From positions 131,936,001 to 132,000,000 of the forward strand of contig NC_043000.1 in the NCBI RefSeq assembly GCF_006345805.1: a DNA stretch of 64,000 nt. The letters run 5' to 3'. The position numbers were made by a program, and so were the translations under genes. Under the pieces are notes generated by a model, which did not search any database, had not been told where the DNA came from, and saw only the letters and a list, made by a program, of their open reading frames with translations. This DNA is from Octopus sinensis (taxonomy: Eukaryota). Shown here piece after piece: positions 24,060 through 35,706 of this stretch (position 1 is its first letter; the number at the start of each line of letters is the position of its first letter).

Positions 24060-24605
24060 GTAAGGTACACAATAGTTGAAGTGCTGTAACAAGAAGTTGT
24101 GGCGAAGAAGCAGAGCCCGTTGAGGCACATGTCATGTAAGAAGATGTGGCTACTATGCCACTGCCGGTCACTTGATACAGGAAGGAGGGATAGAGCGAGT
24201 AGCCAAAAAAAAGTTTTGATACTTTCTTTCATCTGAGTGTGGTGAAGAGGAAAGGCGAGATGCCGCCACACAGATCCCCTTAATTACCCGATATATACGC
24301 CAAGGGTCCATAGTATGTAACGATTCTTGGGTGCGTATAATTCTCTTGGAAATCTCGGCTATACCCACTTCCGCATCAACCACAGTGAAAATTTTGTTGA
24401 TCCTACAAACGCGTCGGTGCACACACAGACGATAGAGAGATTGTGGGGGTCAGTTAAGAGATCAGTTGTTCGCCCAGGCATTCGTGCCTGTTACTTAAAG
24501 CAATACCTCGCCAAGTTCCTATTTATGGAAAGCATCAAACCTGCTGCCAAGAGAATACACGTATTCTTATTGACAGCAGCAAGTCTTTATCCTGGCCCGA
24601 GATAA
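24060..24605 (+). pseudogene. Merlin/ISXO2 (IS1595-like) DDE transposase relic
   Basis: With two 1-nt frame corrections: GGIERVAKKKF..RDAATQIPLITRYIRQGSIVCNDSWGAYNSL..YTHFRINHSENFVDP..VHTQTIERLWGSVK. Confidence 0.85.
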
Positions 24606-24873
24606 TTTTTTCCTCCAAACGCAACCCATCTCATTTCTTTATCATCACTGTCGATGGACCACTCAAAGAGGTATGTATACATTATCATTTTCATAACATA
24701 ATTTCTGTAGTATTTCAAGATGTTTCTGACACGTATTTTGATTCACATGGCGGAGATCCGACATTTCTTCACTTTTTCCAGAATTTCTTCTCTTTATTTT
24801 TTTTTTTTTTTGCGAAATATGTACAAAAATACGGAGTTTATGATTCATGTGTGAGTGTGTGTTCTTGATAATC

Positions 24874-25345
24874 GTTTAGAACAAGTAGTCTTACACCAAT
24901 TACACTATTTTTTCTTAGTTTAAAGGCCGTGGACTGAAGAAGTGAAATTTCCGAAGCCTCTCCCCCACCCTCCTTTCGCGAGCGCGCATTTTTTTCAGCA
25001 TAGTCGTTTAGAGCAAGTTGTTTTACACCTATTACGCTATTTTTGTTTTTTTTTTGTGCCCGGGTCAGACGCTTTCGGAAGTTCCCGATGTAAATTTTCC
25101 GAGGCCTCTCCCCCACCCCTCTTTCGCGAGTGCGCATTTTTTTTATCATATTCGTTTAGAGAAAGTTGTTTTACACATATTACACTATTTTTTTTTTGTT
25201 TTGGTACCCGGGTCAGACCCTCAGACGCTTTCGGAAATTCCCGATGTGAATTTTCCGAGGCCTCTCCCCCACTCCCCTTTCGCGTGCGCGCATTTTTTTT
25301 TTTCATATTCGTTCAGAAGAAGTTGTTTTACACCTATTACACACA
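24874..25345. repeat. Tandem repeat, about 3.3 units of 132-157 bp
   Basis: GTTYAGA..AAGTTGTTTTACACC..TTTCCGARGCCTCTCCCCC..TTTCGCG..GCGCATTTT starts at 24874, 25006, 25154, 25311. Confidence 0.85.
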
Positions 25346-25399
25346 TTTTTTTTCTGCTGCGTTTTACTATATCATATGGTGAAATTTTAAAAAAAATAT

Positions 25400-25517
25400 G
25401 CTTACAGCACCTAGGTTTCCCAAGCGGTCACCCATCTAAGTACTAACTAGGCTCGATGTTGCTTAACTTCGGTGATCGGACGAGAACCGGTGCTTTCAAC
25501 GTGATATGGCCGTAAGC
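25400..25517 (-). rRNA. 5S rRNA: 5S rRNA, dispersed copy
   Basis: Full-length; CTCGTCCGATC type. Confidence 0.92.
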
Positions 25518-26101
25518 ATCAAAGTGGTAAATTTTAATATATTTATTCTATAAACTGGTACTATCACAATTTTGTTTTTCAGAACAATTCTTTTGAAAAT
25601 TTATATACAATTTAAGACACTCTTTCGTTAAAAATCTGCGATGTCATAAATGAATCTGTGTCATTGTTTCCAACGGCTTCACGGAGCGGGACAATCAAAC
25701 ACGCGCTCGCACCAACAATTACTCTTTATTGATGTATTAAACAAACGCTGAAGCATTGTCAATTTAACTCCATTTTTATCGCAACACTTTTCCTATTTTT
25801 CTTATCATTGTTACGGTCTTATAAGTTTTTAGACAATCAATTGATTATGGTCTCCGAGAAATGCAAGTATTTGTTCGGCAAGTTCCGTAAATATTTTTTA
25901 TTTCTTTAATGTTTATTTTTTGCAACTGAAAATTGAAAACCACGGTCACACACAGACACTCTATTCTTCGTCTGCACGATCAACATCATGCACTAACTCA
26001 CTCACACACGTATAGAGATACACATACATACAAGTGAAAGACAATGAATGGAGACCAAAACCGATTGATTGCACCCATTATACACCAGTAAGTCACGATG
26101 C

Positions 26102-26559
26102 GGCACTGTCATGCTTTTAGTTGTCAGAAGTGAAAGTAGTCAACTTCGTGTATTTACGTCAGGTTTATACCTTCGTTAATTTACGCCGTTTATTTACGTA
26201 CCACCACGCTGTTAGGTTTATAAAACAATTGAAGTTCAGTTTAAAGTTTATAAATAAATACATTTCATTCCATGTTCTGTTTAAACTTTATAAATAAATA
26301 TATTCTTGCATTATTCATTATTGTTTTTAAAAAATAAATCACACCAAATCTGCACAAATGACCACCACCACCGCGATCACATACACCAATCATACACACG
26401 TGTGTGTGTGTATATGTGGCTATATGTCTGACTAATGTGTGTGTCTGTATTTATTGTACGTGTGTATAAGTAGTTATATGCTTATATTATCCATCATAGT
26501 AATATTTGTCTGTTGAAATCCGTTTTAAGGCGGTCAATAGTTTAATTAAAGATGTGTCT

Positions 26560-26639
<80 letters not shown>

Positions 26640-26718
26640 CATGTGTATACATATATATAAAATACATGTGTATACATATATATATATACATGTGTATACA
26701 TATATATATATATATATA

Positions 26719-26759
<41 letters not shown>

Positions 26760-26941
26760 GTGTATACATTACACATGAAATGTATTTATTTATAAACTTT
26801 AAACTGAACTTCAATTGTTTTATAAACCTAACAGCGTGGTGGTACGTAAATAAACGGCGTAAATTAACGAAGGTATAAACCTGACGTAAATACACGAAGT
26901 TGACTACTTTCACTTCTGACAACTAAAAGCATGACAGTGCC
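26102..26941. mobile_element. Foldback element with perfect 167-bp inverted arms around a microsatellite core
   Basis: 26102-26268 is the reverse complement of 26775-26941. Confidence 0.88.
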
Positions 26942-27488
26942 CACGTCCGCCTCTATTTCTATTATCAACTACTTATTGTCAGACCCGTGGTTATAGTTGG
27001 CAAATAATTGGTGCTATTTTATATCTAATCCAATGGATATAGCGATCGTATCACGTCATATAACAACGTTTCACGTAAAGAGTTGGCGCACGAAATGTGA
27101 AATGTTTTGTGGTAAAGACGAACGTGTAAGGAACGTAGCAGCGTGATTTGCTGGTGTATAATGGGTGCCAGGTAAATGAAACTTGAATGACGGTAAGAAT
27201 GAGAGTGAAAATCGGAAAAGTTCGTCAGTCGCAATGAAAACGAAGTTAAACTGGGCAGTGTCTCGGTAGTAGCATATGTGACGTCAATGATGAGCAAGTG
27301 TTTTACTGTTCATTAATATGGAGATGAAGTATAAAGTCAGAGACTCACCCATGACATTGATTTTTAACAAAAATCCGACTGGGGTCTTAAGTTGTATATA
27401 AATTTAAGGAAAATGAATTTATTCTGAAGAGCAAAATTGTGGTAGTATCTGTTTATAGAATAAATATATTAAAATTTACAACTCTGAT

Positions 27489-27606
27489 GCTTACGGCCAT
27501 ATCACGTTGAAAGCACCGGTTCTCGTCCGATCACCGAAGTTAAGCAGCATCGAGCCTAGTTAGTACTTAGATGGGTGACCGCTTGGGAAACCTGGGTGCT
27601 GTAAGC
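27489..27606 (+). rRNA. 5S rRNA: 5S rRNA, dispersed copy
   Basis: Full-length with a few substitutions. Confidence 0.88.
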
Positions 27607-27924
27607 ATTCCATTAATTTTTTATTTTATTTTTTTAATAAATTTAAACTAATTGTAATTTCACCATATGATACAGTAACATAGCGACATCGATTTATCTT
27701 CATTATTGAATATAGAAAACATTCGTAAATTAAAAAATTCAGCTCGTTGTATCCTCTTGTATGACTGTTCTTCATTCACGAACCTTATTGACAGTGATGA
27801 TCGTCCACTTAGGATTATTAAAGTTATTAGAGATTATTAAAGATTTTGAAAATAGCTTTCATTTCGTGATTGTTGTGCGACCATCAACCAGAGAGAACAG
27901 GAACAAATACTACAAAACATTTGT

Positions 27925-28262
27925 TTCCGGCATCTGAGTTAGTTCTGCTGCTACACAGGGATATCCGAGGTTGGAACCAAAAGCGCAGCCAGCCGATGCT
28001 ATGCATTCGCTCACCAATACAACATGCTCGAACCTATGCATTTCTTCTCAGAATTTTATTTGTTTGGATTGTTTTCCTTTATGCACGTTTCTTTTTTTCT
28101 GTAGCTGACTCGAAAATGTTTAGGAGAACGTTAACATCATCAATCTTACCGGCGACGAGAGTCTGTGAAGGCCATAACACCAACCACTACTGGAACAAGT
28201 ATATGAAGTTTTGGTCTTTTAAAGTTATGCGTTATATTTATTGGTCAAAGGGATATAATTGA
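27925..28262 (-). mobile_element. Inverted partial copy of the RTE relic
   Basis: Reverse complement of about 42390-42655. Confidence 0.6.
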
Positions 28263-28641
28263 ACACATTTTCAACTAAAGTAACAATTATCTCCCTTTAT
28301 ATAGTTACCGAATTTGCAAACCGTTTAAGTATCGGACTGTTTTGCAGTCTTTGTTCCTGTTCTCTCTGGTTGATGGTTGTAGAACAATTATGACATGAAA
28401 GCTATTTTCAGTATCTTCATAGGAAAACTTTAATAAACTTAGGTGAACGATTATCACTACCAATAAGGTTCGTGAGTAAAGAAAAGCCATAGAAGAGGTT
28501 TCCACGTGCTGCATTTTGTAAATCTGCGGATGCTTTCTGTAATTAATAATGAAAATAAATCGAATCCGCTGTGTTTTAATGCTTCTTATGATCAAATTAC
28601 AATTCGTTTAAACTTTAAAAAAAAAAAAAAAAGTCAGGAAT

Positions 28642-28759
28642 GCTTACAGCACCTAGGGTTCCCAAGCGGTCACCCATCTAAGTACTAACTAGGCTCGATG
28701 TTGCTTAACTTCGGTGATCGGACGAGAACCGGTGTTTTCAACGTGATATGGCCGTAAGC
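28642..28759 (-). rRNA. 5S rRNA: 5S rRNA, dispersed copy
   Basis: Full-length. Confidence 0.92.
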
Positions 28760-29726
28760 AACAGAGTAGTAAATTTTAATATATTTATTCTATAAACAGA
28801 TACTACCACAATTTCGTTCTTCAGAATATATATTTCTTTCTTTTAGTTTATATATAACTTGGTAATCTTTCGGTAAAAAGACATTATATTTCGTCTTCAC
28901 AGTACCAACAAGCGATCTCGGTAGAAAAAAAAAAACATTGTCTTTCGCTTTCACAATGCTGAACAGTCGAACACTCGCACCAACACTTACACATCCCCCG
29001 ACCCCTTTGTCTGCCCTCCCTTTGTCCCTACCTTTATGGTAAATAAAAAACCAGTTATATTTATTAGTCAAAGTAATATGATTGACCAACATTTTCAGCT
29101 AACGCGAAAATTATCTCTCTTTCTAAAGTTAAAGAATAAACAAATCGATTAAGTGTCGCAGAAAATGTTTTGCGATATTTGTTCCTGTTCTCTCTGGTTG
29201 ATGATCGTACAACAATCATGATATGAAAGCTATTTTCAACTATAGCGGTTTACCAAGTTTTTCTTATATAGCGGATATTTTCTGGTTGGTTTGTTTACTG
29301 TTAGTGTAACGTTACTTTATTATGTTTCCTATTTGGAAATAGATAAATATATTTAGCTTTTTAAATAGGGATATATAATGATAAAACCGTTACTTATAAG
29401 TGTTACCATTATACGTAAATCCTGACTCCAGCTACATATGGGTGTTGGTGGGGAGTACAAAGGGAAGTCTTGCTTACTCCAGTAATTTTCTTTCATATAA
29501 ATGTTTATGTTATTTCAAAAATTTGCAAGCAAAATCTTCTAAAATGACAATGTTTTAAAAGATGTACATGTTTATGTTATATATGACAATAAAAGTTTAC
29601 ATCACATTTGCCTTAAGTTGTATATAAATTTTTTTTAAAAAGTTGTTCTTAAGAAAAAAAGAAGTTTTAGCATCAGTTTATAGTGTCAGGTTATAGAATA
29701 AATAGATTAAAATTTATCAAATTGAT

Positions 29727-29844
29727 GCTTACGGCCATATCACGTTGAAAGCACCGGTTCTCGTCCGATCACCGAAGTTAAGAAACATCGAGCCTAGTTA
29801 GTACTTAGATGGGTGACCGCTTGGGAACCCTAGGTGCCGTAAGC
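29727..29844 (+). rRNA. 5S rRNA: 5S rRNA, dispersed copy
   Basis: Full-length. Confidence 0.9.
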
Positions 29845-30243
29845 ATTACCTTTTGTTTTTTTCTTTTTTTTTTTACTACTACTGAAACTCCATTTGATTT
29901 AACTTCGTTTTTATTACGGCTTATGAAATTTTCCTATTTTCCTTCTCATTGTTACGGTCATTTGAGTCTTTAGTTACCTAAACCGCATTATACAGCAGCA
30001 AGTTAGGCAACTGCGTTCCTTACACGTTGATATGTACGAGAAAACTTTTCACATCTCGCGTTGTTAATCTCTAGTTTAGGACTCGGTGAGAAAAATGAAA
30101 ATGAAGTGTAATATATGTTAAATAATGTGTTGTTAACGAATGTAAAAAACTATAAATTTTAGAGAGGATAAACTTATTCTACTGAAATAAGAAGTTCTAG
30201 TATCAGTTTATAGAATAAATATATTAAAATTTACCACATTGAT

Positions 30244-30361
30244 GCTTACGGCCATATCACGTTGAAAGCACCGGTTCTCGTCCGATCACCGAAGTTAAGC
30301 AACATCGAGCCTAGTTAGTACTTGGATGGGTGACCGCTTGGGAACCCTAGGTGCTGTAAGC
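30244..30361 (+). rRNA. 5S rRNA: 5S rRNA, dispersed copy
   Basis: Full-length. Confidence 0.94.
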
Positions 30362-30602
30362 ATTCCATTCCTTTTTTTTTTTTTAATAAATTGTAATTTC
30401 ATCATACCATAGGCCACTATCACTGTCAGCAAGAATAAAGAACAGCAATACAAGCGATTTCCACCCGCACGATTTTGTTAATCTGCGGATGCTTTCTGTA
30501 TTTAGTCATGAAGATAATTCGAATCTGCTATGTTTTACTATATGGCATGATGAAATTACAATTTATTCAAATTTATGAAGAATAAAAAAGAAACAAGGTA
30601 AT

Positions 30603-30720
30603 GCTTACAGCACCTAGGGTTCCCAAGCGGTCACCCATCTAAGTACTAACTAGGCTCGATGTTGCTTAACTTCGGTGATCAGACGAGAACCGGTGCTTTC
30701 AACGTGATATGGCCGTAAGC
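30603..30720 (-). rRNA. 5S rRNA: 5S rRNA, dispersed copy (tail-to-tail with 30244)
   Basis: Full-length. Confidence 0.92.
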
Positions 30721-31133
30721 ATCAAAGTTGTAATTTTAATATATTTATTCTATAAATTGATACTATAAACTGATGCTAAAACTTCTTTTCTTAAGAAAAC
30801 ATTTTTTTCTAAGGCAAGTGTAATGTAAACTTTTATCGTCATGTATAACATAGACATGTACATCTTTTAGAACATTGTCATTTTGCTTGTAAATTTTTAA
30901 AATAACATAAGCATTTACATGAAAGAAAATTACCGGAGTAGGCAAAGACTTCCTTTTGTACTCCCCCCACCCCAACCCTCAACGCCCATTTTAATTTAAT
31001 TTTTTTTCTACACAAACTCCCGTTTTCGGCTATGGAGAATATGAATCTGCATAAAAATTGGCAAAGATTGGCACTTTGAAATTAACCCCACCACTTAATT
31101 CTTCATTTTAAACTTTTTTTAGAAATTTTTTTT

Positions 31134-31390
31134 GATCTTTTCCTTTTGAACGGCAGTTTTCAACACAATTTCTAGTTAACTAAACACTTTTAAACTTCGT
31201 ATACTGGTAGCATGTGTCAAAATAAAACATTTTTTTCTCTTGGCTTTCTTGAGAAAATTGTAATTTGTAAGTTTAACGTAGTTTAATTTTTCTAATTTTA
31301 ACCAATCGATAGCCTCTATTGAGCTAAAATCATTTGCTGCGTCTAAAACTGAGACGACATCCCGTCACTGACCCTAACCCTAACCCTAAA
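31134..31390. mobile_element. One end of a MITE family with internal (CCCTAA)3
   Basis: GATCTTTTCCTTTTGAACGGCAGTTTT matches the terminal inverted repeat of the 62125-62526 element. Confidence 0.6.
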
Positions 31391-32449
31391 TTTTAGCCTT
31401 GCGTGTATATGTGTAGAGGTGGAAATGCATATGTGATTTGTGTACTTAAAGCACTCCTTTGTAAAACCAAGGGAGACCCTAGACCTTCGAACGAAAACCG
31501 GTGACCCTGAACCACTACAAAACTGACGACCGCGTATGCACCGTCGTAATAACTATCCACGCTCGATAGCCATGTTACACATGATTGAATGCCGCGCATA
31601 TTAGTGAAGATCAAGTACACTGAACAACGGACCTGCCACAAATCCTGAATGAATATCGATGCTCAGCCATCTCAATTACTGTTACATATTGTGCACAAAA
31701 GTTTTTCCCATTAAAAAATTCAAATGCAGGAGTCTTTTTATTTCGCCGATTTTCCAGTTTGAGTTATTTGGAGTGCGAGAAGTTTTTAAACGTTCAAATA
31801 TTACCGACTACCCTCCACTATTTTAGGTTTCCAAGCTTCCTCGATAGATAATTGAATTAAAGTGAAATTTTGAGAAATATTGGTCTATTTTCCTCAATAA
31901 AAATTATATTGTGCAATGGATATTATTTTGTAGGCTATTAAAGTCTAATGTGCATGCATGAACTATTTAGGATGCATAACGATTAAAATATGACAAGGGT
32001 GAAGAGAAATCGGGTGGACATTATCACACTTTATTGAAATAAATAAGTTTCCCCAAAATTAAACATATACAAAGTATATTTATAGTAAGTCACACACAAA
32101 CATACGCACACATATATACATACAATTCACCATTACACTTAAACAGCCACACAAATATATTACCCAAACATGCCCATAAACACTCCCGTATGTATACATA
32201 CAATCAATCGACCCTTACACTAAAAATTAAAAAAAGACTGAGCCAAGCAATTTTAGATGAATGGGTTTATCTTTTGGCATCTTGTGTCGCTAAAGTGTAG
32301 AAAGTATGTTTTCTTTTAAAAAAAAGAGCATCTTTTGTAGATCTTTTTAAGCTTCTGAGAGACCACCTTCATGAAATGTCGCCGTATAGGATGTGGCCTC
32401 CTTGAGCGCGGGGCCCGATAGGGAACAATCGGCTTAAGGCCGTACCTGG

Positions 32450-32557
32450 AACTACAGTCCTAAGAGGAAGGGTCACACCTTCAAACCATGTGTCTTTCCT
32501 CACTGTCACAGAATCCTTGCATTCTCGGCGCGAGCATCGCCAGTACACATTCCCATC
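32450..32557 (-). pseudogene. Merlin-like transposase N-terminal Cys fragment (left arm)
   Basis: DGNVYWRCSRRECKDSVTVRKDTWFEGVTLPL resembles the Merlin DG..WRC...C..S.R..TWF motif. Confidence 0.5.
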
Positions 32558-34700
32558 GCATTTTTTGTACTCATAAAAGGCTTCTTCCTAGTACATAATT
32601 TGTCTCCAGTGTCAATCCCAACTAACATATCACCAGGTTTGCCATCTCAGAGGTCTTTTCGAAGTTGTGCGACAGATTTAGAAAATAATTTTTTGTAACT
32701 AAACACTTTCAAAATTCGGACACTGGTAGAATGCGTCATATAAAACATCTTTTACTCTTAGGATTTTTGAGAAAAACTTATATTTACGAAGTTATTTCAC
32801 GTTTAAGTTGTCCTATTTCGGTAATTTCAACCAATCAATGACGTGTATTCAGCTGAATAAAATTACTGCCGAGGGTGATGTCACATTCAATGATGACCTC
32901 AGGGTGGAAACAAACTTGAACTCTATGGTCTTCCAGCTCCTGTCAGAGATGTTTAGCACAGGTTAGCATAAGAGCTAATCAGGGAAACATCATACAACAT
33001 GGAAAGTTTGTAAGCGGTTGTCCAGGAGATGGGACCACTTCCGGTATAGGATCAAAAGGTAGTATACTGTCAAGTTCTGACATCTGTGGACAATGACACT
33101 GGTGGTGGTGGTGGTGGGGTCTTGTTTTAGAAGCTCCTGGGGGCACAGGAAAGACATTATTGATCAACTTGCTCCTTGCCAAGGTGAGTCAGAAGAAGGA
33201 GACCAAATAGTTTGACCCCCAAAGAACAGGAGACAGATGTAAGCAAGGACAATTGCCTACAAGTTTATGAACCGTGTTGGGTTCTCCAAGAGTTCGAGCC
33301 CAGCATCACTCTTTCGGTAAAAATCTGATGTTATGATTGAGTCTGTGACATGATGTTTCATCTCCTTCACAGTGCTAAACAAACACTCGCACCAACACTT
33401 ATTCATCATTGACATCATACACTACTACCGAAACATTACCTATTTTACTCTATTTTTATCACGACTTATGAACTTTTCCTATTGTTCTTGTCGTTTAAGG
33501 TTTTAGGCGATTAATTGGTTTTGGTCGCCGAGAAATGCAAGTACTTGTTCGGCAAGTTCTGAATAGAATTTTTATTTCTTTAATGTTTATTTTTACAGCT
33601 GAAGCGTGAAAATCACGCCCCCCGCCACACACACACTGTTTTCTGTTTGGACGATCAACATAAACAGTGACACACGCCAACATACTAACTCACTCACGCA
33701 CTCATACACACACATATAGATACACATACATACAACTGAAAGAATGAATGGAGACCAAAACCAGTTTGATTGCCAATTTTTATTTACCTTTCACCTGTTT
33801 TACACCAGTAAGTCACGATACGACGTTACACGTTGATCATTACCAGAAAACATTTCACATTTCGTGCACAAAATAGTGAACACGTTCGCCTCAATTTCTG
33901 TCATCATCTACTGAATATCAGAGAGCAGGGTATAGTCGACAAATAACAGGTGGTATTCTGTTGTGTCTGGAGAGAATCATTTTCTTTTTGTGCCTTATAA
34001 TGTAACAGACTCACCGGTAAAATTTCCACTTATTTCTTATTTTTATTTTCTTAAAATTTTCGTTGCGCCTTGCAACCTTTTCAAGGTTAGTGTGTTACAT
34101 TATAAGGCAAAAAAAGAAAATGACTCTCCCCAGACAACAGAATATGCTTCAACGCACGAACTCATTTATAGAATCTTGCAAACAAAATCCCAAAACGAAA
34201 CTGCTGGTATTTTATATCCGACCCAATGGATATAGTGATCGTATCACGTCATTACACCGGTTTATAACAACATTGTATGTAAATATCCACGCACACGAAG
34301 TGTGGAATGTTTTCTGGTAAAGAGGAAAGTGTAAGGAACGTAGTAGCATGACTTGCTGGTGTATAATGGATGCTAGGTAAATAAAAACTTAGTTGATCGT
34401 AAGAATGAGAAGGAAAATAGGAAAAGTTCATAAGTCGTAAAGAAAATGAAGTGGGCAATATTTCGGTAGTAGTAACTATATAACGGCAATGCTGCGTAAG
34501 TGTTGGTGCGTGTGTTTGACTATTCAGCACTGTGAAGGAGATTAAGTATGAAGTCAGAGACTCACTCACAACAGTATAGATTTTTAGCGAAAGATTGCTT
34601 TATGTTGTATATAGATTTAAGAAAAATGAATTATTCTGAAGAACGAAATTGTGGTAGTATCTGTTTATAGAACAAATATATTAAAATTAACCACTTTGTT

Positions 34701-34817
34701 GCTTGCGGCCATATCACGTTGAAAGCACCGGTTCTCGTCCGATCACCGAATTAAGCAACATCGAGCTTAGTTAGTACTTAGATGGGTGACCGCTTGGGAA
34801 CCCTAGGTGCTGTAAGC
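34701..34817 (+). rRNA. 5S rRNA: 5S rRNA, dispersed copy (A5>G, 1-nt deletion)
   Basis: Near full-length. Confidence 0.82.
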
Positions 34818-35069
34818 ATTACCTTGTTTTTTTTTTTATTCTTCATAAATTTGAATAAATTGTAATTTCATCATGCCATATAGTAAAACATAGCAGATTC
34901 AAATTATCTTCATGACTGAATACAGAAAGCATCCGTAGATTAACAAAATCGTGCGGGTGGAAATCGCTTGTATTGCTGTTCTTTATTCTTGCTGACAGTG
35001 ATAGTCGTCTATGGTATGATGAAATTACAATTTATTCCAAAAAAAAAAAAAAAAAAAAAGGTATAGAAT

Positions 35070-35187
35070 GCTTACAGCACCTAGGGTTCCCAAGCGGTCA
35101 CCCATCCAAGTACTAACTAGGCTCGATGTTGCTTAACTTCGGTGATCGGACGAGAACCGGTGCTTTCAACGTGATATGGCCGTAAGC
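35070..35187 (-). rRNA. 5S rRNA: 5S rRNA, dispersed copy (palindrome centre)
   Basis: Full-length. Confidence 0.94.
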
Positions 35188-35588
35188 ATCAATGTGGTAA
35201 ATTTTAATATATTTATTCTATAAACTGATACTAGAACTTCTTATTTCAGTAGAATAAGTTTATCCTCTCTAAAATTTATAGTTTTTTACATTCGTTAACA
35301 ACACATTATTTAACATATATTACACTTCATTTTCATTTTTCTCACCGAGTCCTAAACTAGAGATTAACAACGCGAGATGTGAAAAGTTTTCTCGTACCGA
35401 TCAACGTGTAAGGAACGTAGTTGCCTAACTTGCTGCTGTATAATGTGGTTTAGGTAACTAAAGACTCAAATGACCGTAACAATGAGAAGGAAAATAGGAA
35501 AATTTCATAAGCCGTAATAAAAACGAAGTTAAATCAAATAGAGTTTCAGTAGTAGTAAAAAAAAAAAAGAAAAAAAACAAAAGGGAAC

Positions 35589-35706
35589 GCTTACGGCACC
35601 TAGGGTTCCCAAGCGGTCACCCATCTAAGTACTAACTAGGCTCGATGTTGCTTAACTTCGGTGATCGGACGAGAACCGGTGCTTTCAACGTGATATGGCC
35701 GTAAGC
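35589..35706 (-). rRNA. 5S rRNA: 5S rRNA, dispersed copy
   Basis: Full-length. Confidence 0.92.

Noticed and set aside
31372-31389. (CCCTAA)3 and mirror (TTAGGG)4 as interstitial telomere or fusion scar
   Set aside because: Only 3-4 units, embedded at the same position in a MITE family also seen at 62414
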